From contig CP075495.1 in assembly GCA_021613535.1 (NCBI GenBank), positions 13,330,001 through 13,394,000 of the forward strand: DNA of 64,000 nucleotides, written 5' to 3'. Under the pieces are notes generated by a model. That model saw only the letters and a program-made list of their open reading frames with translations, did no database searches and was not told where the DNA came from. This stretch comes from Adineta vaga (Eukaryota > Animalia > Rotifera). The position numbers and the translations under genes were made by a program. This document shows, piece after piece, positions 38,564 through 55,034 of the stretch. How positions within the stretch are numbered: the first letter of the stretch is position 1; the number at the start of each line of letters is the position of its first letter.

Positions 38564-40054
38564 ATGTCAACGAAAATTTTCCATTATCAATTAATAGTCG
38601 TTTTCATTATGGTTATTATCTATCCATATGTTCATGGAGGTTAGTAGGAGAGAAAATGAAGAAAATGCATATTGTTTTTGTTTTCTCAATATTTAGAATG
38701 CTCATTGGATTGTGGTGATCACGGTGGTCGATGTCTTGAAACAAAAATACCACATATACCTGAAATTTGCTCGTGTCCAGATGGAACATATTCGAATTCA
38801 TCATGTGCAGATATTGAATATGACAATGTTAATAATATAACATCGATTAATATTCATGGTTTGTTTTGTTGATGTCTGGTGAAAATAATTGATATCTTTG
38901 GTATTCGTTTAGCTCGACGTTTAGTCGCTGTTTGTGAACATTCATTTTGTGGTGATACAGGAGTTTGTATTATCATTGATACAACTTTTGGTTGTATTTG
39001 TCCTGATGGTGCAATTGCAGATAGATGTACATCAAATATTAATACAGGTGTTAGTAAGTATATGTTTTATGGAATAAAAAATTGAAGAATTCATTGATAA
39101 TTTTAGTATCTTATTGTACTGGTGGATGTTTGAATAATGGCGTGTGTAATCCAATTATTGGTTCATGTACTTGTCCAAGTGGTTTTACAGGTGTACGATG
39201 TGAAATAGCACGAAGTATGAAATTATTTAAAGGACAACGAAGAGTTTTCTCTGTTCAATTTAGGTACTGATCTTTGTCGGGATATTCAATGTCGTAACGG
39301 TGGTGTGTAAGTAAAATGATTGATTTTATATTTCTGGTTTGTTTCTAATGAATTGTATTCATATTTAGTTGTAATGTTCTAAGTCCAACTTATGCAACAT
39401 GTTGGTGGTATGTAGTTCTGCGTTAAGATAGTTGCATTTTGAATACATTTATCTTTCAAATAGTCTTTTGGGTTTTCATGGTGATTATTGCGAACGACGA
39501 ACAGGTACGGTAGAATCTTTATATTAGTATGTTAACATAGGAATATGATTTTCTTAATATTGTTAAGTCGCTCCACGGTGTATATCGAGTCGATGCTATA
39601 ATGGAGGCACATGCTATGAACATTCACCAGCATCAACAATATTTGCTTATTGTTTGTGCAAGTAAGTTATTTATTTTTTGATTTCTTGAATTTCATATTA
39701 CATGATGATTGATATAGACCTGGTCTCATTGGTTCTCGATGTGAAGTTGGTAAGAAACGTTGAATTTTTGTTCTATTAAATCTTTAACTTTCAATACATC
39801 ATTAGAATATTTTCGTTGTCCAACAAATGGTTTCTATGCTGATGCATATGGCTGTGCTCAAGGCAAATATTTTGAATGCGTTGAAAAAAGTTTGTTATAC
39901 ATTTTTATAATGATAAACTATTTCTATTAATCTTTTTTTGTTCCTATCTACTTTAGCAATCATAATATCTCGTTCATGTCCACGAGGCCTTCGTTTCAAT
40001 TTCTTTCTTGGTCGTTGTGATTATGCTAGCAATGTTGCTTGTCCTGCTTTATAA
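38564..40054 (+). CDS. Tandem paralogue: secreted 5 EGF-like domains + chitin-binding CBM14 domain
   Basis: Signal peptide MSTKIFHYQLIVVFIMVIIYPYVHG; shares CYEHSP.S.IFAYC, EYFRCP, CAQG.YF.C and CPRGLRFN with the upstream gene; two extra N-terminal EGF-like modules. Confidence 0.85.
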
Positions 40055-40364
40055 ACTTTAAGAAAAAAAAAAAGAAGAAATTTTTTTCTCAATTCTTCTA
40101 TTGTTTATTATGATTATTATACTTTTCTTTAATTTAAATAAAATTCTTATTGCTTAACTACGTTTATTTACAAATAATATATGTGTATTTTTTTTCTCTC
40201 TCTATCACTTGCACGCACGCACATTTGACATGAATTGAAGCAGTACGAACATATGTCGATGACAAAAGAGAAAAATAAATAAGAAAGGAAATTGAAAATT
40301 AAAACGGATTTCAAAAGTTCAAAACGAAAGGTAGTAGATTGACTGCGAACTAAATCGTTTGTTC

Positions 40365-43233
<2,869 letters not shown>

Positions 43234-43594
43234 AGATTACAAATGCTTGTGAGATTGTATAGACTTAATATTTCATTAGCAACATAAATTCGTATGAAAT
43301 CAAAAATAATTTCAAAGTTCTAAAAAATAGAAAATCAATTCTATATTCGTGTAACTAGGAGAAGAAATGACACGACGATTTGTTTTCAAGGTATTGATAC
43401 TCCTTCCCATGTGACGATGGATGATAAAGTAAAACCTCAGTCGTCAAAATGTTTATTTTTAGTCCGTATAGAACAACGTGACCTAAAGATGGTGCTCGAT
43501 GTCATAAGAGAAATGATTGGATAGAGAAAGTTATAGAACAGAACCTTGATTTCGATTTTATGAAAAGTATCTCGAAAACGAGTTTTTGACTATT
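43234..43594. promoter_or_regulatory. Probable bidirectional promoter between CLPX (-) and ZFR (+)
   Basis: Head-to-head start codons are only ~360 bp apart. Confidence 0.5.
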
Positions 43595-43609
43595 ATGATA
43601 ACTGATGGA

Positions 43610-46403
43610 ATGGATTTTTCTACGATGTATAAGTAAGATAATTTCAAAGATCAGTGATCTATTTATGAATATTTATTTTAGTTCTATGACATGCCCTCCA
43701 ACAGGTCAATATCAACAACAAGCTCCACCTTTCTATGGACAAAATTATCCAAATTCATTTACACAAGTAAGGGTTTTCTTAGAAAATAAGAGAATAATTG
43801 AAAAACATGAATTAGATCATAAATTTTTCTAATCTATTTATAGTCAACAATATCTACTTATGGTGCTTACTCAATGTATTCTTCACCTTCTACAACACAT
43901 TTAACACAATATAACAGTAATATCAGATATTTTCTTTTTCGTTTAATAACTTTACAATAGGTCATGATCATATTACTCAATCGACAGCTGAAACGCTTGC
44001 AGCTTTCACTCATCCAAATGAATTATCTATGATCAATCATTCTCAGGCACATTTGAATGCAACTAAATCTCAACGAACTTCAATGCGTCGTTTAGTAAAA
44101 GATTTTCCCAATACTCATAATACAACACGAATGCATTATTGTGAAACATGTCGTATTGAATGTGGTGGTTATGCAACATATCAAGCACATTTGAAAGGTT
44201 CGAAACATAAGAAAAAAGAACTTGGCACACAAAATCAACAAACATCCATGAATATTCTTCGATGTGAACTATGTGATATAACATGTACAAGTTCCGATGC
44301 GTATAAAGCACATTTAGAAGGAAGTAAACATGAAAAAGTAAGACTATTTCATAATAAAGTAGTTCATATTATTAAAAATGATTTCTAGGCAATGAAATTA
44401 CATCGTAAATTAGGTAAAACGATTCCATCAATTGAACCCACAATATTAAATTCTTCGTCAACTACATCTCAATCAATAAATTTCTCACAATCGCCAACAA
44501 ATGGATCTCAGATTTCAACAAATCAAGAACAAACGATAACTTTATCGCGTCTACTTGAAAATAGTAACAAACCAATTGGTGAAGAATATATAGTAACAAC
44601 CTTTGATGCAAACAATAAACCAGTACTCTATCATTGTAAATTATGTGAATGTACATTTAATGATATAAAAGGAAAAGATGTGCATTTGAAAGGAAAACGT
44701 CATCGAATTTCATACAAAGTAAACAAGTCAAAAGATTTTCTATGAACTATTGTTATTTTGTATTCTTTTCTTTGTAAGAAAAAAGTCAATCCAAATTTTA
44801 TCGTGGATAATAAATTATCTACTCCAAAACAAAAACAAATCAATAGTAAGACTACACATACTCAACAACCAATCGATTCTTTCAATCAATCAGAACTTGA
44901 TGATGATACGAAATATCTAATGATGTTACATAAACAAATTGTTCCATCACCTCAATTAGTAAGTGCTCTCTTTTCATTAAGAAAACTTTGGAGAATTATT
45001 CCATGTTGATGTGAATATAATGTTAAGAGAATAAAGTATATTATAGATTGAAACTATTGAACAATTCGTTAGTGTTGTTGAAGCAGCTCTCAAATTATGT
45101 TCCGAACAACTTCAAACATTATCAACAACCTCTACGTTAGTTATAATCGTTAAAATTTCTTCTACATTATGCTTTTCAATTTAGAAATCAATCTCCATTA
45201 ATGGGCGTTTCACGAACTGGTCAATTCGGCAAAAGTCTATTGATTAAAACCGATCGTCTATTTCAACTTGTTGTTATTTGTACCAAATGGCCAACAAAAA
45301 ATCTTTTACAATCAATTGCAACAATGTTATCGGATAATTTGGATGTAAAAGAAAAATACTTTGTTTGATCTATTTTCATACTGTTATCGTTTTTTTTGTA
45401 TATCAAAGGAAAAATGGAAAAATGAAATTCAAATTGATTATCAAAATAATATGGAGACAATTGAATTACAAACAATCACAACAGAAGGAATTTTCTATCT
45501 TTCAATTGCTTTCACTTCATTAGTCATTCAACAAGAAAGTTGTGAAGGTAAAATCATTGATTTTTATATTTTTAATATTCATTCGAATATGTGCAGATAA
45601 ATCTGAAGAATTTTTATCAAAAATCAATTGTTTAAATGTTTTATATTCATTGAATTCTACTCGATGGTTTCAAGTATGAAATTGTCTTTTCATTATGAAA
45701 GAAAAAAATTCGTTTGATTAGAATCAAGTTGGTATTCGTCAACATGCATCAGCATTAATTCGTTGTTTACGATACAAATCAAGTATTTCAACTAAATGGC
45801 AATCATTACCATCTGAAGTAAATAATTTATTCTTCGTTTTTTTTCATTTGAACGAAAATTTTCTGATTGCAGGCTTTCGAAATTCTGATCGATTCGATTC
45901 CATCTCAAGCTCTGACAGCTATACATGCTTTTCGTCGAGTTTTACAATATCTTTCTGGTGGTCTAATATTATCCAGTCAGTGTATATATCTTTCGAATCA
46001 ATGATATTCTATAATAAAGTATTTAGATGGTCGTGATCTACATGAACCATGGCAAATCGATTCGAACAAAAATATTTTTGAAGATTTAACAGATCAACAG
46101 AAAAATGACATAACTCAGGAAGCTCAAGTAAATAAAACATTTCAGTCATTAATCAGAACAGCATCGATATATTTAGATTGGTCTACGTCTAATGTCTTTC
46201 GGTCAATTAATGAAATGGTTTGAAGAATCAACAGTTTCATTGACTAAACGTCCTTATTCCGAATCTGATGACTTTCAAAGTAAAATGAACATAGGAATTT
46301 ATTCTTCATCGAAATATTTCGATGTTTATTTTAGTTTCAACAAAACGACAATGTGTGAATTCCATAGAGGAAAAGAATATTTTATTTTGATTCTAACGTG
46401 TAA
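43610..46403 (+). CDS. ZFR: Zinc finger RNA-binding protein (3 matrin/U1-type C2H2 fingers + DZF domain), compact and divergent
   Basis: HYCETCRIECGGYATYQAHLKGSKHKKK, RCELCDITCTSSDAYKAHLEGSKH, YHCKLCECTFNDIKGKDVHLKGKRHR; DZF-like LMGVSRTGQFGKSLLI...RWFQ...FRRVLQYLSGG...ITQEAQ..LRLMSFGQ. Alternative in-frame ATG at 43595. Confidence 0.85.
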
Positions 46404-47185
46404 GACAATTTATAGTTGAGAATTGTTATTATTGTTAATCAACATTTCAATGTTATACGTGTTTTTTGTACCTAACCTAATAAAATAAAATCAATAAAAA
46501 CCTGTTTTTCGAGTCTATGGTCTTTTATATTTCAAACTGAATTTTGAAAAAAAATCGGATCTCATCTGTACACATACTGCGGGACTTGGAGATCTAATGG
46601 AACAACACCTTTCATACGCAATCAACATTAGATTCAACACTAATCGAACTTCGTCTAGTTGAACTAACATTCGACACTCGAGAATTTCCTTCGCGAGCAA
46701 GTAATTGATTAGAAGTCATTCAAGTTTTACTTAATTCTGAAATATTCGATGGAGTAGGACTTTCGTTCTTGTGACATTTGTCGTTGTGTATCTGTCATCA
46801 TTTTTCTATCTAATTCATTCAATGATTATTGAATTTTCGCTATTGATCATCGAATGTATTAGATTCAAGATTCGTATTGAGAGTTAAAGAAATTTTATTG
46901 TTAAATCACACATGACGATGTTACATAAAAGTGTGGACTATATATATATATATGGAGAAGAGTTATCAAGGTAGAGCGAGAGATACATATAGGATATCAG
47001 AAGATATAACATCCAAATAAAGAGATCCGGATAGAAGATATCAAATCATGAGAGATTTCGAGATGAAAGAGATTACATCAGAAGCAACGTCTAAATAAAA
47101 GAATGAACGAGATATCATGATATACATGTAGATGAGTATCAAACGAAGTTAAATATATTAGAGAAATATATCACTACATAACAAC

Positions 47186-50100
47186 TCATTGTCTTTTATA
47201 ATTTTTCTTGACTCGATCACCTGGACGAATTTGTCGACTTGAACTATTTGTTAACCGTTCCGATACGGATGACATAGTTGTGGTATTCTGTAAAGATAAA
47301 TCATCCTCATCATTTTCAGCATGAATTTTGTTTGCTAATTTCTGATAGGATGATGGATTCGTTCCTTGTGGATGAGCATTTTCACGAATATTTGTATCGG
47401 AGATCGATTTGATCGAATTGATTAATTCAAATCGATTTTGTTCGGAATTGAGAAAATCATCTTTGGTATATTCAACCCTATCGAACGTAAAAAATCATTG
47501 GAAGAAAAGGATTTAATATAATTTTCTCAAACCGATAGGTCCGATTCGTTTTTGAATGAAATATTTCAATAAATTCTGCTTGATAGATATCTTTCACCGA
47601 AGATTTTGATCCATTCAAGGAAAGCTTCAAATTTTTCAACTAAAATCAAATTTTATATATCAAATAAATGTCAATTGAATAATAAACTTTGCTAAGATCT
47701 TTCATTGTTTCAATAAAAAATGTATTGATTTTATCTTTGTGACCTAATTCCATATTTTCATGTATTTGGTCAAGAGTTATTATTTCTGATCTTCCATGAT
47801 CATCAATTAATTCAAGTTGAATTTTTGTATTCGAATCAACAAAGTGTTTTTTAATAGTTTTAATTTTTATCTGATAAATATTTTCCTTAGTAGGTTTCTA
47901 AATATCAAGAATAATTTTTCAATATTATACAAATGAAATAAACTATCTACATGATTATTTGAACGTGGATGTAAATCTATTGTTACTTCAGCATTTTTCT
48001 CATTTAAATTTGTATTTATATCAGCTATATAGATTTCGTTCGAATTGTCTTGTGTAATTTCTAGCTGAGAGATTGACCACTAGAGAATAAAGCATATGAT
48101 CGGAAGATTATCATCAGATTGAATCTACTTTATTTTGTAATTTTCCATCGACAGAAAGTGTTGCCGATTTTAACTAGAGATAGATGACCGATAAATCTTG
48201 ATTTCTAGCCGAAGACATATGTACATACATTTCCAATGTTAGGTATATTCAAAGAAAATGTATCTTGTTTGTTTTTGTCAAATAAATCTTTTGAATTAGT
48301 ATTGGATTTGTTAAGACGAATCTTTTCTGATATCCCTCTATCACCATGCAATTGTAAATGAACTTTTGGGTTGATTCCTTTCAAATTTGAATGACCAGTT
48401 CGGATTAAAACTTTATAATCATTATCTAAAGAGAAAAAGACTCAGATAATTCAAGCTTCTTTCTTTCCGCTTCATTCGGATCACCAGTAGGTGGTTTGGC
48501 TCCTTGAGGTATATTTGTTGTTAATCGATCTAGAAAAATAATGAATGATAGTTTGAAATCTTTTAAGCATTACCGAAATTTTTCTTATTGGTTGAAGGAG
48601 GTAATGAAAGTTGACTACGATTTGTTTTTGTTGATGAAGATTTTTTAAGAACTATAAAAAAAAGATGAGAGATCAATGATTCATGATCAAAAGAAAACAT
48701 ACATTGTGAAATTCGTTCAGCTTTCGCAGTCATTTTTGGATTTTTGTTATCGAGTATACGATTGATATGAAATCTAAATAATGTAAGAAGATATCTCTTT
48801 ATTTCTATTTAATTTACCTGTATGATTCATTTGTTGACATATCTTTTATTTCAATATAATCGATTCCAAGTTTCTTGATATTCGGATGAGTAATATCAAT
48901 TTCAATTGATTGTAAATCACCTAAGGATGTTTCATTATTAATATAATATTCATCTTTATGTCCCGATTGAAAATTATTATGCGTTGATATGAGATTTATT
49001 AAATTAAATTCATCTTTGCTTTTATTTCCTTGTACATGTAATTTAATACTTCGATCTGGTCCATTTAATTCACTTGTAATGGTTCGAATTTGAACAATAT
49101 AATTTGGCTTTTGTTCATTGATTGATTGAGCAGATAAAACGTTTGTATCATCATCTGATTTCATCCATTTGTAGATTGGAAAGAAATAATCCTAAAAATT
49201 CATTTTAATTTATAAAATATTAAAGAATTAATCAATAATCTACTTGTCCTTGTTTGATATCTCGAATAATAATTGTTTCTATAAACCATTTGTCAATAGA
49301 ATCATTCGTTGCTAATTTTAAAGCTTGTAAAGAACCGACATAATATTTCGATGAAAGAACAAATTCATCAATTTGATTGTCGCGGAATAATTTTCTTTTA
49401 TCATCCAATGATTTCAATGTATATGGTTCAGATTTTCCTCTTTCACCTTTGAGACTTATTGTAATCGATGGTAATTTCGACATATTTCCTAGACCTTTAT
49501 CACCTGTTTTGATTTTTAAAAAATAACTTGGCTTATCTTTATCTAAAACGAGAAAGATGACGAAGATTTTGCTTGTTGAAAAGCAATTAGATCAAGTACC
49601 TTCTTTCCTGCTTTTTTCATCTGAAAGAAGGGAAAAGTTAGAATTTCATATTGGAAAAAAGAAACACTTCTATCTACATGTTTCTTCTGGATAAACAGTT
49701 AACTGTTTTTGGGAATTTAAACTATCGGTATTCGAGCCATCAAATAGTTGATTAACAATAAATCTGTAATAAAAACGAAAACTTCAATTATCTAATAGAT
49801 ATTTTCTTTTGTTTACTTGTATTGATCGCCTGTTTGACTATCGTCTATTGTTATATATTCACAGAACCATGATGGTTGTTGACCTTCGGATTGAAGATAT
49901 AAATGTAAGGAATGTAATTTACCCAGATGTGGCCAAATGAGATAGAATGTATCCAATTGATCAGGTTCAAAGATTGAACTTTTAAAAGCTGAATACGCAC
50001 TACAGAGATTATCTTGAAATAGACCAAAGATAAATTCATTTCTGGAAGAAAAAAACAATCTGTATTTTACCAGTAAAATTTCCATTTTCTCCATGAAGTT

Positions 50101-51546
50101 CCATGAATATCAATGAATCTGTAACTTTATTTGGTTGTTTACCTGTTTTAACTTTCACTGTATATGTTGAAAATCCGATTTGTTTATAAGATTTTATTTG
50201 TTTCGTTGGTTTCGATGGTAAACGATTGATTGGACCGATATCACGTTGTATAATAAAACGTGTTTTCTTCTCGTCAGAATGTTTATCAAATAATCGATGA
50301 AGAGGAAAACGATAGATATTTGCACTATCGTCAATAATTTCAATCCAATCTACTTTCCACGAAGAATATTCATTGTCATGCCAAATTTCCATTGCATAAA
50401 TTTCACCTAAATAATTCAATTCGATATTAAATAAATCAATTTGACCCGATTGCCATTTTAATTTATGTATCGATTGTAAAAGACGAATATCAGGTGATTT
50501 TGTATATGTACCATGTAATCGAACGAATACATTTGTATCATTTGATAGAGATGAACTTAGTTCATCATTTGTTCTAATTTTAATAATATATGTAGCTTTC
50601 GTTGGAATAGAAGATAGATTTTTTAGACTTTCATCATCATTTTCTTCTGGAAGATGAATATTTGATTTACTAAAATATTCACCTGTCGCAATTTTCTGTG
50701 CTAATGTTCGAACATAATGAAGTATAAGATTCATTCGATCAAGAATATCAGTTGTAACTGAAGAGAAAAGAATTGTTTCTTTCACTTTAGGTTCATATTG
50801 CATTTGACACATTAATAGATCAATATCACCTTGAAATTGATTGATATAGGTTAATAATTCGTGAAAATGTCGTCGATCATCTTGCAATTTATCATCGAGG
50901 AAAATTCGATTGATTTGACGAATTGATTCTTTCAATTTATTATGCAATGTACCAGTTTCAACTGATAAAACGGAACGATATTCAGGACGATTAAATCGAT
51001 CTGCACGAAGCTAGAAATAATAAAAAAACGAATTACTATTCATCAATTTATTCTTTCTAAAGAAAAACAAAACAAAAAGATTACTTCATAAATATTTCGT
51101 TTTGCTCGTTTACAAGTTTTTTCAAGTGTTTGTTGATTCAAACGAAGATCATAATCAATATTGAATGTTAAACAACAATCTCGTTGTTTCTCTTTCATTT
51201 CATTCATTTCCTTTGTAAATGTTATTAACAATTGATCTGTTTTCAATGATTCTTCTTTATCTTTAATTTGAGATATTTCATCATTCGTTACATATCCTAA
51301 TTCACGTAATTTGGCAAGACCTTTTATTCGTCGTTGTTCTTCTTCTTTTAATTGTTCTTCGAATTGATATTGCATCTGTCTTTGATTTTGTTGACGTATT
51401 CGATCACGTTTACGTCGACCTTCATTATTGGTTTGAAAATCTTGTTGTAGATGGATAACTTTCGTTGCTAAAAGGATGAAATCTGTTAAGGATAAGCCAG
51501 TATCAATTAAACTTCGCAAAAGTCGATCCGCTTTAGTTGTAATCAT
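47186..51546 (-). CDS. Multi-PLAT/LH2-domain protein (LOXHD1-like, ~6 PLAT repeats) with N-terminal helical/coiled-coil region
   Basis: Repeated Y.I.I.TG...V.I.LHG....S...L.....F..GQ.D.F.....LG.I..I.I.HD....W..E.I.I.D....Y.F modules in successive exons; many short introns; stop TGA at 47186-47188. Confidence 0.8.
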
Positions 51547-52970
51547 TTAATTCATACAAGACTTATTTTCGTTTAAGATTCGAATTCTTTGAGAAAAAAA
51601 AATCACGAAATTTTTGCAAAATAAATGAATGATTTTTTTGAATTATCAATGCGCTTTTTTTTACGTAATAATCTTCGATTGAACTGTATTGTTTGAAAAT
51701 GTAAGCTCACGGTGAGAATATTTTACATAAATTCCTATTTTAAATGTAGTTAAATGACCTTGAAATTGACATTTAAATATATCTTTGAAAGTACGCGAGA
51801 CATTTTTCTATTTTCAAAATGTTCTAGTTGTTTTCTTTAATTAAATATATATTATAAAATCATTTCAGATTTTCTTTCACTCATGAGAGATAAAGATAAT
51901 TTCCGTTGAAACAATCACTTACTACTTCATTTTTTTATACATGAAATGAATAATTACATTTAGAAAAAAACTTCAAAGTTACAATATTTCTTTGAATTCA
52001 AATATTTTCTTCAAGTGTTATGATACTAAATATTATACAAATGAAATGACAAAGTTATTCCACCTAGAATCCACATCTGCCACTGCGACGTGCCTTTTTT
52101 TAATGAATAGTAATAACTAATATTTGATAGTCTTTTCTCTGGGACACGATCTTTTTCATGTTAAATATCTAGAGATTAGACATAGCTAATTTGATAGAAT
52201 TGTGTCATAATTGCTGTTGTATGAAGTTTTAAAAGAAGAGAAAATAATATTCTTAATAGGAATGTATGTGGAAGTGTACGACTGAGATAATAGTCACGCT
52301 AGATTTCAATGTAGGTTAAAAAAACAAGATCATTAAAAAATTTATCATTTATGAAGTTCGTGCTGTCACTCTCTTTTCACGTTTAAACGCATCAATTTAC
52401 GTTTAGAAATTCTTTTAAAATCAAGATCAAAAACTATTTTAATGAGCTCTTCTTATGCATCCTCAAAAAACATTGATCAATTTCCTTCCTTAGTCTATGC
52501 ACGTTATTTGATAATATTCTTAATCTTACTATATTATTTTTTCCACGTGAATGTCTGCTGTAAAGGCTCGATCGATATATAGAGGATAATTATGATTATC
52601 AAGAAGTCATGCATTCCCTTCGAATATTTTCTTTGAACTTTCATGGTACATTTATGACAATCATAGTTTTTCTTTTATAACGTCCAACTTTTTCATGGGC
52701 AATAATTGCATTTTGTTTTACAATCGTTGCGTTCTTCATCTAAATAAACAAATTCTATCAACTGTCATTATAATACAATGATGAAAGACATATGGCAATT
52801 CTTAATGGTTTTTAGATAATGTTATATACGTAAGAAAAATGTATGGACTATATTTAATATGTACAAAATAATTGTTTTCTTTTACTTTGAATGAAAGATT
52901 ATTAAAGCAAAAAATAAAATGAACGGAAGAAAAAGATCATACATGTATTTTTTTTGTCTTAGGTATTTGA

Positions 52971-55034
52971 TTATTTAAGATCATCTGGTTCAAGTTCAAC
53001 AATAGATTGAAGTTCATCTTCTTGCATTCGAACATCATCAATAGGATTAGGTGTTTTATAATAACTTGCTTTGGTTTGATATCCTTTCTTTAAACATGTA
53101 TTTTCATTGATATCATCTAATTTCAAAGAATATTCTTCTGGACAAATATTTTTCATATTATTATTAACTGTGCAAGTATTTTCATTTCGATCTGTGATTG
53201 GCCGTGTTCGACGAAGAAATTTTTCGGTAAATAATTGTTTGAATTTTCGACGAAATGGTTTGGAAAGAAATATAAAGAAGATAAAATTTGTTCCATAATG
53301 AATATTTCGTATAGTTCGAAGAACATGATCGATATAGTGCATTTTTAATAGATAAACTGATGATTTTAATTTTTCGGGATGCATTCGTTTAATATAAACA
53401 TTATAGGACCAAAATAATCGATAAGGTAATGTTAAGATTAAATAAGATAATGCAACACTAACTAACATAATTGTTATATTTCGATCACGTGCTTGATGTC
53501 TATTTGGTGTTGTATTTCCTGATTTAAGATTAACTTTATTATGTTTAAGTTTTATTGTTTGAAATGATGTATCAGTTAAAATTTCTTGATCTTTACGTGC
53601 TGTTAATGAACGTTCGGATGAAGATTTGATAACATGAATCGATCGAATTTCTTTATGTGAAGATGAATGTAATTTATAAGTAATACGTTTTTTAAAGTCT
53701 TTTAATGATGTTTTTGATTTTGTATTTGATAACGTTGAATGAATAGAATTGGATGTACTAGTCATTAATCGTTGTCGTTTTTTTAATCGAACAATAATCA
53801 TTATATTCATAGCAGCGACAGATGTTAATGGTAAAATATGTAAAAATCCTGATAAAATTATTCCAATAATATCATAGGCATGTTCATGTTTCTGACTGTA
53901 ATAACAACGTTTCCATACAATAGCATACGTATGTGTAATTTTTTGTGTTAAATCAAAAACATGTTGATTTGTTGATATAACTGGTCGAAGTTCATGCATA
54001 AATATTGGATAAAGACAACATAATATTCCTACCAATGTTATAATTCCAATACAACGAAACGCTTGTAAATGTTGACGATATTTTTGACTAGATTTCCATG
54101 AAATATGTTCGGTTAACATTGATAAAAACGATGATCCACAAAGAGAATGACTTTTTCTTGACGAACTATTTGTCAGATTTATTCCTGTAGATACTTTTGA
54201 TGGATTTGAAGGTTGTGTACGAAAGAAATACGATGATGGATGGCATACCGAACGCCAACGATTGAATGATATAGCGCACATGTACCATGCACTAAGTGCA
54301 GCAAATAATTGATCAGGACACATTAATGCTTTACTAAAATATAACAAATAAAATTCATTTATTTTGATTTTCTAAAAAAAGAAAGCAAAGACAAACCAGA
54401 GAAAATTGGATTTGTCTCGAAAATAACCACGTTCAGGTGTTCGATTAAAACAATTGTCAAGCCAAAAGATAAAAACTGGTATTAGCAAATTTAATGTATC
54501 TGATATATTCAACATAATTGTATAAAATGATACAGGCAATTTCGCTATATTTCCATTAATTAAAATATATGTTGCAAGTAGATTTCCAATAACACCAAAT
54601 AAAATCTTTAAGAAAAAATGTAAAGAATTTCGATAAAAGAAAACAAATCTTCTTACCACAATCGGATTAACAATTAAAACAAACCAAAGCGAGAGTATTG
54701 AAAGCACATGAGATGTATCAACATCATTGGATGAGACAGGTATTGATGATGAGCCACGAGATAATATTGCTGGTGAGAGATTTGTTGATGATGATGATAA
54801 ACTTGAACTTAATGACATATGAAATGCTGATTGATTATCAGACATTTTTGAAAATAATTGTTGAAGTATTGTTGCTAAATGTTGTGAAGCAGGATTATGA
54901 TTTGTACTATGATTGAAATTATTTTCTGTACTATCAAATAAATAATCAAATAAAGATAATTGACTATCATTCGTTGTCGGTACAATACTAGCCAAATTTG
55001 TCACAACATCATTCATTAATTCAGGATTATCCAT
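52971..55034 (-). CDS. Rhodopsin-class (peptide-receptor-like) GPCR with long N-terminus and long third intracellular loop
   Basis: GVIGN (TM1), LNISD (TM2), SFNRWRSVCHP (DRY region), ILPL (TM5), YLILTLPY (TM6), NFIFF...FRRKF (TM7/H8); introns near 54608-54656 and 54333-54397. Confidence 0.9.

Noticed and set aside
46545-46700. Possible RNase P/MRP-like RNA on the minus strand (GGAAATTCTCG ... ACAGATGAGATCC followed by T8)
   Set aside because: P4 pairing is imperfect, no P1 helix is evident, T-runs are ubiquitous here and the region reads as coding-like remnant. An Infernal/Rfam search would settle it.
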